Under the pieces are notes generated by a model. That model saw nothing but the letters and a program-made list of their open reading frames with translations, ran no database searches and was not told where the DNA came from. From positions 41,316 to 105,315 of the forward strand of contig WJIU01000024.1 in assembly GCA_014730115.1 (NCBI GenBank): DNA of 64,000 nt. Reading direction: 5' to 3'. Shown one piece after another: positions 1-9,367 of this stretch; the first letter of the stretch is position 1; each line of letters starts with the position of its first letter. The translations under genes were made by a program, and so were the position numbers. The DNA is from Candidatus Micrarchaeota archaeon. GTDB lineage: Archaea; Micrarchaeota; Micrarchaeia; Anstonellales; Bilamarchaeaceae.

Positions 1-416
1 GCGCGGTTTCCCTGCTCCTGAAAAAATACGATGCCTACTATGTTTTCAAGCCATTCCCCCTGCCCAGGCACCAGCAGAGCTATGAGGCGGCCAAGGCAGT
101 CCTCTGCGCTGAAAGGCAGGGGATGCACTACCAGCTGAAGAACAGGATTTTCGCAGAGCAGATGGAGTGCTCCGGGGAGGGGGAACTTGACCTGGAGAAC
201 ATGGCAGAGCAGGCCGGCCTTGATATGGAAGAGTTCAATTCATGCTTCAGGGGGGGCGAGGTTTCAGAGGAGCTGGACGCATTTGTCCAGCAGGGATATG
301 ATTCAAACATCTATGCAACGCCCACCTTCTTCATAAACGGCGAAGCCATGGTAGGGCCCCAGACCCTTCAGGAATTTGAATCCAGGATAGAGGAGATGCA
401 GAATGAATCGCAGTGA
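1..416 (+). CDS. DsbA-like thiol:disulfide oxidoreductase (thioredoxin fold), 5'-partial
   Basis: The reading frame is open from nt 3 to the stop at 416. The C-terminal region contains ATPTFFINGE, typical of the DsbA family. The N-terminus, including the CxxC, lies outside the window. Confidence 0.55.
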   Translation, partial: AVSLLLKKYDAYYVFKPFPLPRHQQSYEAAKAVLCAERQGMHYQLKNRIFAEQMECSGEGELDLENMAEQAGLDMEEFNSCFRGGEVSEELDAFVQQGYDSNIYATPTFFINGEAMVGPQTLQEFESRIEEMQNESQ

Positions 417-1587
417 TTTTCCGCTTCTTGGGAAATACCCCGGGCTTATTTACCTGGACAGTGCCTGCACCTCCCTGAAGCCGGAACAGGTCATTGAGGC
501 GGAGGCTTCATACTACCGGAAGCTGGGGGGATGCGCAGGGAGAAGCTCCCATTCCCTGGGAAGGAAAACCAATGAAAAGCTGGAGCAGTCCAGGGAAAGG
601 ATTGCCGGATTCGTGAATGCAGAGCCGGAAGGAATGGTGTGGACAAGGAACACCACCGAGGCGCTCAATCTGCTTGCCGGCTCATTTGATTTCTCGGAAA
701 GAAAAAAGGTGGTAACAACAGTTATGGAGCACCACGCAGTGCTTCTTCCTTTCATGAGGCTCAGGGACAGGGGGGTTATAGAGCTGGAAGTACTGGGCTG
801 CGATGAAGAGGGAAGGATTGTCTCTGAAAAATGGGAGCAATCAGTGGACAAAGACACCGCCCTGGTGGTGACCAACAGCGGAAACAACACCACCGGGCAC
901 CGGCAGGACGTGGCCGCGCTTTCCAGGCTGGCCCATGACAACGGGGCGCTCATATGCGTGGACGGGGCGCAGGGAGTCGCCCACCACCGGACTGATTTCA
1001 GAAAAGAGGGTTGCGACTTTCTATGCTTCTCTGCACACAAGATGCTGGGCCCAACCGGCATAGGGGCCTTTGCGGCAAAAAAGGATTTGCTTGAGAAGAT
1101 GCAGCCCTTCATAGTGGGAGGAGGCATAGTAAAAACGCTCAATCTTGAGAACGCGGATTACATGCAGGGCCATTCAAGGTTTGAGGCAGGCATCCAGGAC
1201 TATGCAGGCATAATCGGGTTTGCCGCAGCCTGCGATTACCTTGACTCACTGGGAATGGAAAACGTGGAAGAGCACGAGCGGAAACTGGCCAGGGAGCTTG
1301 TTGAACAGCTGAGAAATGCAGGCGCAGAGATTTACGGCGGATTCTCAGAAAGCAGTGCTGCGCTGTGCTCTTTTAATTTCAAAAACGGAAAGCCCCATGA
1401 TGTGGCCCTGATGCTGGACAAACAGGGCGTTGCCCTGAGAAGCGGATTCTTCTGCGCCCAGCCGGCAATGGAGGCAATGGGTGCAAAGCAGGGGGCAGTA
1501 AGGGCCAGCGGATATGTGTACAATTCTGTGGAAGAGATAAAGAAGTTCGGGGAAAAGCTGGAGCACATAAGCGCCCTGTACCAATAA
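403..1587 (+). CDS. sufS: Cysteine desulfurase, SufS/NifS class-V aminotransferase
   Basis: The N-terminal YLDSACTS motif and the PLP-lysine motif SAHKMLGPTGIG are both present. The length (394 aa) fits SufS/CsdA. Confidence 0.85.
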   Translation: MNRSDFPLLGKYPGLIYLDSACTSLKPEQVIEAEASYYRKLGGCAGRSSHSLGRKTNEKLEQSRERIAGFVNAEPEGMVWTRNTTEALNLLAGSFDFSERKKVVTTVMEHHAVLLPFMRLRDRGVIELEVLGCDEEGRIVSEKWEQSVDKDTALVVTNSGNNTTGHRQDVAALSRLAHDNGALICVDGAQGVAHHRTDFRKEGCDFLCFSAHKMLGPTGIGAFAAKKDLLEKMQPFIVGGGIVKTLNLENADYMQGHSRFEAGIQDYAGIIGFAAACDYLDSLGMENVEEHERKLARELVEQLRNAGAEIYGGFSESSAALCSFNFKNGKPHDVALMLDKQGVALRSGFFCAQPAMEAMGAKQGAVRASGYVYNSVEEIKKFGEKLEHISALYQ

Positions 1588-1588
1588 G

Positions 1589-2827
1589 TCAGGCCAGCAG
1601 ATTGGGGGAAAACACCAGCATAACTCCAAGAACCAAAAGCACAACCCCGCCAACCAGCCGGCAGTACTTTGCATAAGACTCCCCGGTGATGCCGCTCATT
1701 GTCCATCCCGCAAGCCCGAAGACAAGCATGTCGTCAAGCATGAAGAAAATATCGTAAAGTGCAATATAGGCATAATACTCCAGGGTGGAGAGGTCGCTTA
1801 GCGCAAGCACCTCAGTGAATACTGCGGGAAGGGCAAAGGAGCAGAGGAACTCAATGGAATTCACACTGAATGCAAGCACTATTATCCCCAGCAAAGTTGC
1901 CCAGGTAAGCGGGGCGGAAATCAGGGACCTCATGTCCGACATCATCTTTTTCCTGCCTTCAACATCAGTAACTTTGCAAACCAGCGCCCCTTTTGTTTCA
2001 ATGAATTCCTTTACCGAGACTATTCCCCCTCCCAGGGCAAACAGCCCCACCATTATGGTAACCGGCCGGACATAGCTCAGGAAAAGGAACACATTGAGCC
2101 AGGCGGTCATGAAGAGAAAGTACAGGATTCCGGAGGCAGCCACGAAAATGGCGACCACCAGAAGCATCCTTTTCCTGTCGCCGAAGCCCATCAGCAGGGC
2201 GATGAGGTATACCAGCACCCACATTGCACAGGGGTTGAAGCCGTCAACCAGGCCCAGCACCACTGCAAGAACAGGAAGCGAAAATCCGGAAAGGTCGGTC
2301 CTGCCGAAGAAGGGAAGGTCGATGCTGCCGGTAAGCTCTTCTATTGATTCCGGTTCCTTCGCGGCAATCGGTTCCCCGCCCTCCAGGGACTGGTTCAGCG
2401 CCTGGATTATCTTTTCCCCGGTTGTGTTCCTGGACTCAAAGCCGATGAATGCATATCCGTTGAAGAAGGTGGCGGGAACGCCGAGGCCGGAGAAGCCGAT
2501 GCTGTGGTTCTGGGCCATCATCTGGAGCAGGCGGGAATCCTGGGGGACGGTCACATCATGGTATTCGAATTTCACATCCGGAAATTCCTGCATCAGCTCC
2601 TGGTTGAATTCCTTCTGCATTTCGCAGTGGGGGCAGGAGGGGCTGTAGAAGAAATGGACGGTAAGTTCATAGTCCTTTCCGTTTTCCCCTGCCCCTGCGG
2701 TTTCAAAAAAGAATACTGCAATGCCCAGTACAAGAAGTGCGGCCACCAGGTAGCGGTTGAAGGGCTTGCTCAGAAACTCCCTGGTTTCGTCAAGCATCAG
2801 TCTTTCTCTCCCTGAAGTCCATGTCAA
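1589..2827 (-). CDS. Thioredoxin-domain (CPHC) protein fused to a polytopic membrane domain (CcdA/DsbD-like); thiol-disulfide exchange
   Basis: A TM anchor is followed by a thioredoxin fold with a CPHC active site. The C-terminal half has multiple TM helices with a DGFNPC motif resembling the first Cys motif of CcdA. Confidence 0.6.
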   Translation of the reverse strand: MTWTSGRERLMLDETREFLSKPFNRYLVAALLVLGIAVFFFETAGAGENGKDYELTVHFFYSPSCPHCEMQKEFNQELMQEFPDVKFEYHDVTVPQDSRLLQMMAQNHSIGFSGLGVPATFFNGYAFIGFESRNTTGEKIIQALNQSLEGGEPIAAKEPESIEELTGSIDLPFFGRTDLSGFSLPVLAVVLGLVDGFNPCAMWVLVYLIALLMGFGDRKRMLLVVAIFVAASGILYFLFMTAWLNVFLFLSYVRPVTIMVGLFALGGGIVSVKEFIETKGALVCKVTDVEGRKKMMSDMRSLISAPLTWATLLGIIVLAFSVNSIEFLCSFALPAVFTEVLALSDLSTLEYYAYIALYDIFFMLDDMLVFGLAGWTMSGITGESYAKYCRLVGGVVLLVLGVMLVFSPNLLA

Positions 2828-3125
2828 TTCCGCCGCCGACTCCGAGAATGATATTGTATACTATGGCAGCGACTGCGCCAATGATAAACGCAAGGATGCT
2901 GTTGAGCACGAGCACTATCATTCCGAAGACGATGAACATCACAAAGCCGATAAGGCCCCCTCCCAGCATCTCAACCGGACTGTCAGACATAAATATTCCA
3001 AGCAATGTGGCGAGACCAAGAACCAGCCCGCTCAGCAGCAGGAATATGAGCCCGATGACAAAGCTCCATATGGCCAGAAGCCTTCCCAGGGAAATCACAC
3101 CGATGTGAGTAAGCGTAACTTTCAT
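2790..3125 (-). CDS. small hydrophobic membrane protein, hypothetical
   Basis: The 111-aa ORF is almost entirely hydrophobic (2-3 TM helices). It overlaps the end of the upstream gene. No recognisable motif. Confidence 0.3.
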   Translation of the reverse strand: MKVTLTHIGVISLGRLLAIWSFVIGLIFLLLSGLVLGLATLLGIFMSDSPVEMLGGGLIGFVMFIVFGMIVLVLNSILAFIIGAVAAIVYNIILGVGGGIDMDFRERKTDA

Positions 3126-3187
3126 GCTAGATTCTGCAGATACATGATTTATATAGGTTAAGGGAGGGTTATTTCAGGGTATTTTGT

Positions 3188-3505
3188 ATGATTGTAGCCA
3201 CAACAGGCGAGATGGAGCAGTACAAGATAAAGGAAGTGCTGGGAATAGTCAGGGGAAACACCGTCCGTGCAAAATGGATAGGAAAGGATTTCCTTGCCGG
3301 GCTCAGGCAGTTTGTTGGCGGCGAGCTCACGGAGTATACCGAGATGATGACCGAGGCGAGGGACGAAGCATTCAAAAGAATGATGAAAGAGGCCGAGGAA
3401 AAAGGTGCGGATGCTGTGCTTGAAGTAAGATTCACCAGTTCAGATGTCATGGCATCGGCAGCAGAAATACTTGTTTATGGAACCGCAGTGAAACTCAGGA
3501 AGTGA
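3188..3505 (+). CDS. YbjQ/UPF0145 family protein
   Basis: A 105-aa protein whose N-terminal IVATTGEM...VLGIVRGNTVRA region is characteristic of the YbjQ (DUF74) family. Confidence 0.7.
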   Translation: MIVATTGEMEQYKIKEVLGIVRGNTVRAKWIGKDFLAGLRQFVGGELTEYTEMMTEARDEAFKRMMKEAEEKGADAVLEVRFTSSDVMASAAEILVYGTAVKLRK

Positions 3506-4468
3506 TCAGGTTCCTGTTTTGGGCTTCCTGAAATAGTTCCAGCCGACTCTTATTACTGTTATCGGATGATAAAGCAGCACCTTTATTCCTGTTTTCCTTC
3601 CGTGAGGGCTGATTGCCAGGCGCGTCATAAGGGCTCTTCCATTTACATCAGCAGCAAGTTTGGCAAGCAGCTTTGTCCCGCCCCTGCTCATGAAAATATC
3701 GGACATTCTTTTTCTTCTTTCTTCTGACCTGAAAAGTTTGCCGAATGTATCTGCAGAACTGTCCGGGTTGAGCACAAGATAATCAAAAAGCAGGCTTCTT
3801 GCTTCCGGATTTTTCAGGATACGGCAGCACAGGCTGGCATTCTCATCACTTTCTGAAAGCGAAACAAAAACTTTACCCGGCATTTCCCTGTTTCTGAGCA
3901 TAGGAAGGATTTCGGCTGCAGGGTCCTGGGAATTCATGAAGGGAGCCAGGCTTATGGAAGGTAGCGGCTCTTCCTTTTCATCCGGTATTTTTGTTTCCTG
4001 GCCAAGCCGTTTCAGGATTCTGAATATGGCAGGCCATCCTCGCAAAGGGCTTTTGAGCATGTTCCTTGCCACCTGGCGTCCGGGTCCGGTCTGGCCGACC
4101 TTGACCAGCACAGTGAGCCCGGACTGGATTTTCCCCACCCTTACAAAAGCTTCAATGCCTTCAGGGGTCTTGAGGAAATCAGACATTATCTTGGTTGCAC
4201 CCGGGATTGAAAGAGCATCCAGATAAGTTGAAAACAGGTTGGAATCAGAAGCCAGCCCGTCAAGCTCTTTCCTGCCTTTCCTTGTATTTACATGTTCCCC
4301 CAGCGTTCCATCAAAAAATGCGGTAAGTATCCCATGCTTCATTATGCCCAGCTTTTGGAGGCTATATTGAAAAAGCTCCAGTTCTTTTGGCCTTGAATCC
4401 CTGCGAGGGCCGTAAGGCAGCCTGGCTTTTGAATCGGATTTTACTCTGTTGCGGCGACTGAAAAGCAT
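3506..4468 (-). CDS. hypothetical protein
   Basis: A 320-aa ORF on the minus strand with coding-like composition and no recognisable motif. Confidence 0.45.
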   Translation of the reverse strand: MLFSRRNRVKSDSKARLPYGPRRDSRPKELELFQYSLQKLGIMKHGILTAFFDGTLGEHVNTRKGRKELDGLASDSNLFSTYLDALSIPGATKIMSDFLKTPEGIEAFVRVGKIQSGLTVLVKVGQTGPGRQVARNMLKSPLRGWPAIFRILKRLGQETKIPDEKEEPLPSISLAPFMNSQDPAAEILPMLRNREMPGKVFVSLSESDENASLCCRILKNPEARSLLFDYLVLNPDSSADTFGKLFRSEERRKRMSDIFMSRGGTKLLAKLAADVNGRALMTRLAISPHGRKTGIKVLLYHPITVIRVGWNYFRKPKTGT

Positions 4469-4508
4469 AATTTATTTGTGTATTAATATGTTTTTAAATG
4501 AATATGAA

Positions 4509-5576
4509 CTAATTGCAGGTTATCTTTTCTGCAACATATTCGTATCCGGATTCAGTGAAACCGAATTTAGGGTGGGATGAATAAACCCTGCTGGGGTCGG
4601 CCCTCAGCCCCATCACCGTAACCCCGCCCAGGTAGTTGGAATTGCCGATGCACTTGTGCGGGGCTGTGCCTTCGGGGAGCCGGTCCGGATTGGAGCAGTA
4701 GGAGAACATGCAGTCCCCTTCTTCCAGCAAAGAGCAGCCGGCCTTTTCAAAATCAACAGGGTTGGGATTTTCCGGAACCGGCCAGTAGCAGTACTGGTCC
4801 CACAGGCCCAGTGAATGGCCAAGCTCATGGACCGATGTGGCGGCCGCTGTTTCCATGTCCTCAACAGAAATGGAAACCAGGTGATGGGAGGCGATGCTGC
4901 ATTCAGTGAATGTTTCCGAGCGGTTGTACAGGTAGACAGTCACATTCTCTGTTCCTCCGGCAAGAAATGAATTTCCCTCCCTGCACGGCTGGAAAGATTT
5001 GTGCACCCTGAGTTTTTCCGGGCATTTCACAAGAGGCGTGTGATAGACAAATGCAGCCACTGAATTGCCCACCAGCTCATCAAACTCTTCAGAAGTAAGG
5101 CCATTGGACACAAAATGGATTGTATAGGAAGCATCAGTACACTCCCCTTCAACAAGCACTTCATTAAATCCACATCCGGGGTGCTCCTTTATTGCGGATT
5201 CCACACAATTGTTGTTTACGCAGAACTCTCTGTCCCCGCACAGCGAATCATCATAATAGCAGCCGGGATGGCCTTCATCCTGTATGAAAATACATGAATT
5301 GTTTTCACAGGAGTATCCGCGGGGGCACCGGGGATATGAAAATTCGCAGCCCTGCTTCAGGACGCAGCGGTTTCCCCGGCATTCATATTCATCTCCGCAT
5401 CCAGGGTTTCCATATTCACATCCCATCCCTGAATCAACGGGTGCAGGAGCCTGCAAAGTGGATATGTTTTCCCGGTGCGGAGAAGTGCCAGACTGATTGT
5501 TTTCTGCAACCTCCTGCGGCTGCTCCATGCATCCGCAGAACAGAATCATAAGCAATGCAAGCGCCAGAATCCGCAT
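4509..5576 (-). CDS. Secreted/lipid-anchored zinc metalloprotease, Cys-rich N-terminal region (HExxHxxGxxD, snapalysin-like metzincin-type site)
   Basis: The signal peptide MRILALALLMILFCGC has a lipobox-like end. About 20 Cys are arranged in repeated C-x-G-C-x-D/E-x-x-C units. The catalytic motif is HELGHSLGLWD. Confidence 0.6.
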   Translation of the reverse strand: MRILALALLMILFCGCMEQPQEVAENNQSGTSPHRENISTLQAPAPVDSGMGCEYGNPGCGDEYECRGNRCVLKQGCEFSYPRCPRGYSCENNSCIFIQDEGHPGCYYDDSLCGDREFCVNNNCVESAIKEHPGCGFNEVLVEGECTDASYTIHFVSNGLTSEEFDELVGNSVAAFVYHTPLVKCPEKLRVHKSFQPCREGNSFLAGGTENVTVYLYNRSETFTECSIASHHLVSISVEDMETAAATSVHELGHSLGLWDQYCYWPVPENPNPVDFEKAGCSLLEEGDCMFSYCSNPDRLPEGTAPHKCIGNSNYLGGVTVMGLRADPSRVYSSHPKFGFTESGYEYVAEKITCN

Positions 5577-5777
5577 AAAATAGATTGCCGGGGCTTTCTT
5601 ATAAAGGTAATACCGGTACAGAGGAAAAAAAGATTGGCATTGCCCGCTACTCCTCTGCGCACGCGCACTTTATGGCCTCAACACAACGCTTTATTTTTGG
5701 GGTTAGAACCGTACCTACGGCTCCACCTGTACTGGCGTCTGCAAACGATAGGCCTGAATCTCTCAATCTTTACGTTC

Positions 5778-6023
5778 CTATTTTTCCATGCCATAAGTAC
5801 CTAGTATCGCCTTGTCGACATCCCTTCCGCTCAGGTGAACATACACGCCGGCCATGTCCGAGCCCTGGACCCACCCGAAACAGGCCTTCATCCGGGCTTC
5901 AGTAAGCTTGTTGGCCATGACGGTAGCCCTTGAATGGCGGAAGTTGGGGGGTTGACCCTCTTCTTTATTCCAGCCTTTCTGGCCAGCTTTTTGATGATAT
6001 TCGCAGCATTCGTGTACCTGCAT
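5778..6023 (-). pseudogene. C-terminal catalytic fragment of a tyrosine recombinase/integrase (remnant)
   Basis: The 81-aa ORF contains RHSRAT (HxxR box) followed by GW...AGVYVHLS (catalytic Tyr region). No intact N-terminal domains exist between it and the tRNA-His 233 nt away. The other frames carry only short fragments. Confidence 0.45.
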
Positions 6024-6255
6024 GGCAGTTTGTCCTTATAGCCCCGATGCAGGTTCCTTGTCCAGGCCTAGGCTTCCGGGTCGTTCTTGTATGGATGGAA
6101 GCCCGAGCCCGGGGGAAAAACCACCCGGAGATTCTCCGGCAGTCGCATTTCATGGAAATGCATCTGCCCGGGACTCCAATTCAGAAGAAAGGGCCATGCA
6201 CGAGAAATCAAAATGATTTCTCGGACGTGCCTAAAAATCGGCAAAAGATTTTTAG

Positions 6256-6327
6256 GGCCACGGCCGAGAATCGAACTCGGGCCTAGGGGACCACAACCCC
6301 TCACGCTGCCACTACGCCACCGTGGCC
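6256..6327 (-). tRNA. tRNA-His (anticodon GUG) with encoded G-1
   Basis: The minus strand reads GGCCACGG-TG-GCGT-AGTGGCA-GCGT-G-AGGGG-TTGTGGT-CCCCT-AGG-CCGAG-TTCGATT-CTCGG-CCGTGGC-C. It has a 7-bp acceptor stem, a T-loop TTCGATT, an anticodon loop with GTG, an extra 5' G and a discriminator C. Confidence 0.8.
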
Positions 6328-6352
6328 ATAAGAATGGGAAAAAAGGATGAGG

Positions 6353-7255
6353 TCAAATATTTATAAGGTCTCCTTTTGCAGCTGCCAAAACCCGGGAGCC
6401 GTCACCGCAGAAAAATTCCACATCCTTTGCTCCGGTCTGCTCAAGATAATAGACAAGGTCGTCAAAGTCAGCATGGTCGCTCATGGGAAATGAAGCGTCG
6501 GTGTTGAACGAGTAATGCAGGGCCCAGCCGGTTGCAACCGCACAAAGGGTCTTTTTCCGGAATGCCCTTTCCAGCCTTGCCGCAAAATATCTCTTTGCCT
6601 TTCTCATTGGAAGGATTGCCACAAACCTTCCTGACATCGCCTCTTCCGCTTCATCCGTTCCAACAACCACCCGGTCAAGCCTGACCCCGTGCTTCTCATA
6701 GATGCTGCAGAATCTTTCCGCACGCTCGGTAACTACCGGTGCAACTGAGCATTCATTAAGAATCTTCACCATTTCCTGGGTCTTGCCCAGTGCATAGCTT
6801 CCTATGATTATATTGCTTGAGTCATTCGCCTGGACCCATTTCTGTATTTCCGAGTACACCTCTTCGGGGGCGGGAAAGCGGTAGGAAGGGTCGCCGTAGG
6901 TGGCCTCCATGACCAGCCGGTCACAGGATGGGATTTCAGCCTTCCAGCCGAAGATGTTCGGCTTCAGGGAAATGTCCCCGGTATAAACCGCAAGCTCCCC
7001 GTCGTTTTCAAGCGCCAGCTGCCTGGCGCCCAGCATGTGGCCGGCATCCATCATCCTGGTGCCCGGCACCTGCACAATCTCAGCCTTTATTCCTGCAAGG
7101 TCCCTGGTTGCAGGCGTGGATATCAGCCTTTCCTTTCTTTTAAGGCCTGAGGTATGGTCGGAATGGGCGTGGGACAGGAAAGGTATGTCCCCGTGAGGGC
7201 TGTCCAGCCCGATTTTGATTCCTTTGCATGGGATATGCATGCAGGAGTTAATCAA
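6353..7255 (-). CDS. Metallo-beta-lactamase fold nuclease, beta-CASP-like (short form)
   Basis: An HxHxDH motif (FLSHAHSDH) is present. A C-terminal SDHADFDDL motif is consistent with beta-CASP motif C. 300 aa. Confidence 0.65.
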   Translation of the reverse strand: MINSCMHIPCKGIKIGLDSPHGDIPFLSHAHSDHTSGLKRKERLISTPATRDLAGIKAEIVQVPGTRMMDAGHMLGARQLALENDGELAVYTGDISLKPNIFGWKAEIPSCDRLVMEATYGDPSYRFPAPEEVYSEIQKWVQANDSSNIIIGSYALGKTQEMVKILNECSVAPVVTERAERFCSIYEKHGVRLDRVVVGTDEAEEAMSGRFVAILPMRKAKRYFAARLERAFRKKTLCAVATGWALHYSFNTDASFPMSDHADFDDLVYYLEQTGAKDVEFFCGDGSRVLAAAKGDLINI

Positions 7256-7267
7256 AGAAGGATTAAA

Positions 7268-7618
7268 TCATTTAAGGTCAATGTCCTTTGCCAGCAGATA
7301 ATACCCTACAAACGCCTCCCTCATGACAGTTCCGTGAACCTCAACCGATGAGCCTTCCGGCGGAAGAAGCTCGCTTGAGACAAGCATGGATTCATTTTCC
7401 CCCTGCAGATGGAATCCCGACAGCTTACCGATCTTGAATGATTTCCTGACGGTGCCTTTGACCAGGACCTTCTCCCCCAGGTAGGCTTCAGGGTCTTTTT
7501 CAATCTCTTCAACGGTCATTGCCTCCGGTCCCAGGCAGCCGAAGGCCAGAACAGCAAAAACAAGCAATGCAAGATGCTTCATAAACTGTAAAAACATGGA
7601 ATTCTTATAAATCAGCAC
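7268..7618 (-). CDS. small secreted/lipoprotein, OB-fold-like, hypothetical
   Basis: Signal peptide MKHLALLVFAVLAFGC followed by a ~90-aa beta-rich domain. Confidence 0.45.
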   Translation of the reverse strand: MLIYKNSMFLQFMKHLALLVFAVLAFGCLGPEAMTVEEIEKDPEAYLGEKVLVKGTVRKSFKIGKLSGFHLQGENESMLVSSELLPPEGSSVEVHGTVMREAFVGYYLLAKDIDLK

Positions 7619-8307
7619 ATTGTCGGGTCATCATCCTCATCATACTCATAGGCCAGGGTTCTTCGGATGAGCTTTGCCTTCTTTCTGCCCATGCCGGGAA
7701 CAGATGCTATTTCCCTTTCCGAAGCCCCGGCAAGCCCTTCCACAGTACCGAAATGATTGAGAAGCGCCTTTGCAAGCTTCGGCCCCACCATCGGCAGCAT
7801 CTCCACAATGGAGCGGAGTGTCTGGGAAGGGGTGAGAGTTCTTCTTTTTGCATGGATGCGCATGGGCTGCTTTTTTGCAACCTGCTCATGCTTTGCAAAA
7901 TGGAAAATGATTCTTGCAGTCCTCAGCATATCCCGGGTAAACAGAAGCGATGCCCCGTATCTGGCGATTACGCTGGCATAGGCGCCCATAAGAGAATTCT
8001 TTCTTATCCGGCTTTTCCCTTTCCTTTTGCCCTCCACGATAATAACTACCCTTTCATAATTGGAAACAAGGTCAGGAAGCTGGGAGAATAGCCTCCCGTC
8101 AATTATTGACTGCTCAAAATCTGTACGGGTCTTTCTTTCAACTGCCAGCCTTGAAGAGCAGAGAAAATCGGCAACCGGCAGCTGCATTCTTTTTGTTGCT
8201 GCCCCCATTTTTCCAAGCAGGCGGTCAAACTCGGGGTCTTCCCGGTGGTCTATTGCTATCTCAATCTGGCTTCCATCGCCCTCGGAACTCAGGAACGTCT
8301 GCATCAC
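7612..8307 (-). CDS. Short-form XPF/ERCC4-family structure-specific nuclease with C-terminal HhH2
   Basis: ERCC4 motifs are present (VADFLCS, RLAVERKTRTDF with ERK...D). A C-terminal helix-hairpin-helix (LPMVGPKLAKALLNHFGTVEGL...IASVPGMG) follows, and the protein ends in an acidic tail. 231 aa, with no helicase domain. Confidence 0.8.
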   Translation of the reverse strand: MMQTFLSSEGDGSQIEIAIDHREDPEFDRLLGKMGAATKRMQLPVADFLCSSRLAVERKTRTDFEQSIIDGRLFSQLPDLVSNYERVVIIVEGKRKGKSRIRKNSLMGAYASVIARYGASLLFTRDMLRTARIIFHFAKHEQVAKKQPMRIHAKRRTLTPSQTLRSIVEMLPMVGPKLAKALLNHFGTVEGLAGASEREIASVPGMGRKKAKLIRRTLAYEYDEDDDPTMC

Positions 8308-8984
8308 TTCACCCTGCTTAGATATTCCTTTATCTCATCAAACCCGATTGAGCAGCCGGAATACTTTATCTTGTACAATGCAGCACGGAGGGCATCCTTC
8401 TCCAGCTTGCCGTAATTTTTGAAAAAGCCGTTTTCATATGCCAGCATCACCAGCTCGCTGCTTCTCAGTGCTTTCTTGGAGGATACACCTGACGTAAGTT
8501 CCTGGTAGTTGTTCTTGTTGACCATAATGTTTACATTGAACTCTTTCTCAAGATGCTCCTTGAGCCGCTGGGGGGCCTCCATGAGCATCCTGGTGGTCCG
8601 CTCGTCAATCATGATGTATTCCAGGTCAAGTTTTTTGGAAAGTGCAAGCACTTCAGACTCACCGGACTGTACCAGTTTCAGAGGCCTGCCCCGCGCAAAA
8701 AAGACATTGTTTGCCATGCCCATAAATCGTTCTGCCTCCTCTTCAACATCAGCATCGACCACCGTTACAACCCCGTCCTGAATGGCATCCCTGATGCGTA
8801 TTGCGGAGAAGAGATACTCCTTCAGGTTCCTTTCAATCGGCCCTTTCACCGATTCCTCTTCTACAGAGGGGGGAATCACAAACCTGACATCATGGTTTTC
8901 TGCAAAAAAATAGAGCAGCCGGTCCAGGCAGGACGATGTCAGGGAAATCAGTACGCCGGAATCACAAAGAACGTTCCTGCTCAT
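8304..8984 (-). CDS. PIN-like domain protein (putative nuclease), hypothetical
   Basis: The N-terminal LCDSGVLISL resembles the first acidic strand of PIN domains. 226 aa, alpha/beta composition. The assignment is tentative. Confidence 0.4.
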   Translation of the reverse strand: MSRNVLCDSGVLISLTSSCLDRLLYFFAENHDVRFVIPPSVEEESVKGPIERNLKEYLFSAIRIRDAIQDGVVTVVDADVEEEAERFMGMANNVFFARGRPLKLVQSGESEVLALSKKLDLEYIMIDERTTRMLMEAPQRLKEHLEKEFNVNIMVNKNNYQELTSGVSSKKALRSSELVMLAYENGFFKNYGKLEKDALRAALYKIKYSGCSIGFDEIKEYLSRVK

Positions 8985-9364
8985 GATTTCATCTCCATCA
9001 GGTTTACCTTTCTCCGGCGCGGCCCGTCCAGCTCCACCAGCAGGATGCTCTGCCAGGTTCCCAGCACAAGCTTATTGTCCCTTACCGGAATCACCAGGGA
9101 ACTGTTTAGGGTAGTGGAAACCAGGTGGGCCCCTGCATTGTTGTCAATCCGGTTGTGTTCCCAGTCTCCCCTGGCCAGGGCACTGTAGAATTTCTTCAGG
9201 TCTGTTTTGAGGTTGGACTCATTTTCATTGATAACCAAGGCAGCGGTGGTGTGGGGGGTATGCAGCACAATACAGCCGTTGTCGAGCGCTTGGGCTGATT
9301 CAACATCGCCGGTAATATCGATGATTTGGATTTTTTCATTGGTTTCTGCTTCAATAGATTTCAT
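8981..9364 (-). CDS. YjbQ/UPF0047 family protein
   Basis: 127 aa with the region LHTPHTTAALVINENESNL typical of the YjbQ family. Confidence 0.7.
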   Translation of the reverse strand: MKSIEAETNEKIQIIDITGDVESAQALDNGCIVLHTPHTTAALVINENESNLKTDLKKFYSALARGDWEHNRIDNNAGAHLVSTTLNSSLVIPVRDNKLVLGTWQSILLVELDGPRRRKVNLMEMKS

Positions 9365-9367
9365 ATA

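Noticed and set aside
513-1142. 209-aa minus-strand ORF inside sufS, and similar long antisense ORFs inside metG, leuS and the AAA+ gene
   Set aside because: These overlap strongly supported genes on the opposite strand and have no motifs. They are typical shadow ORFs.
6068-6304. 78-aa minus-strand ORF
   Set aside because: It overlaps the tRNA-His gene body. It is most likely a non-coding or degraded integrase frame rather than a gene.
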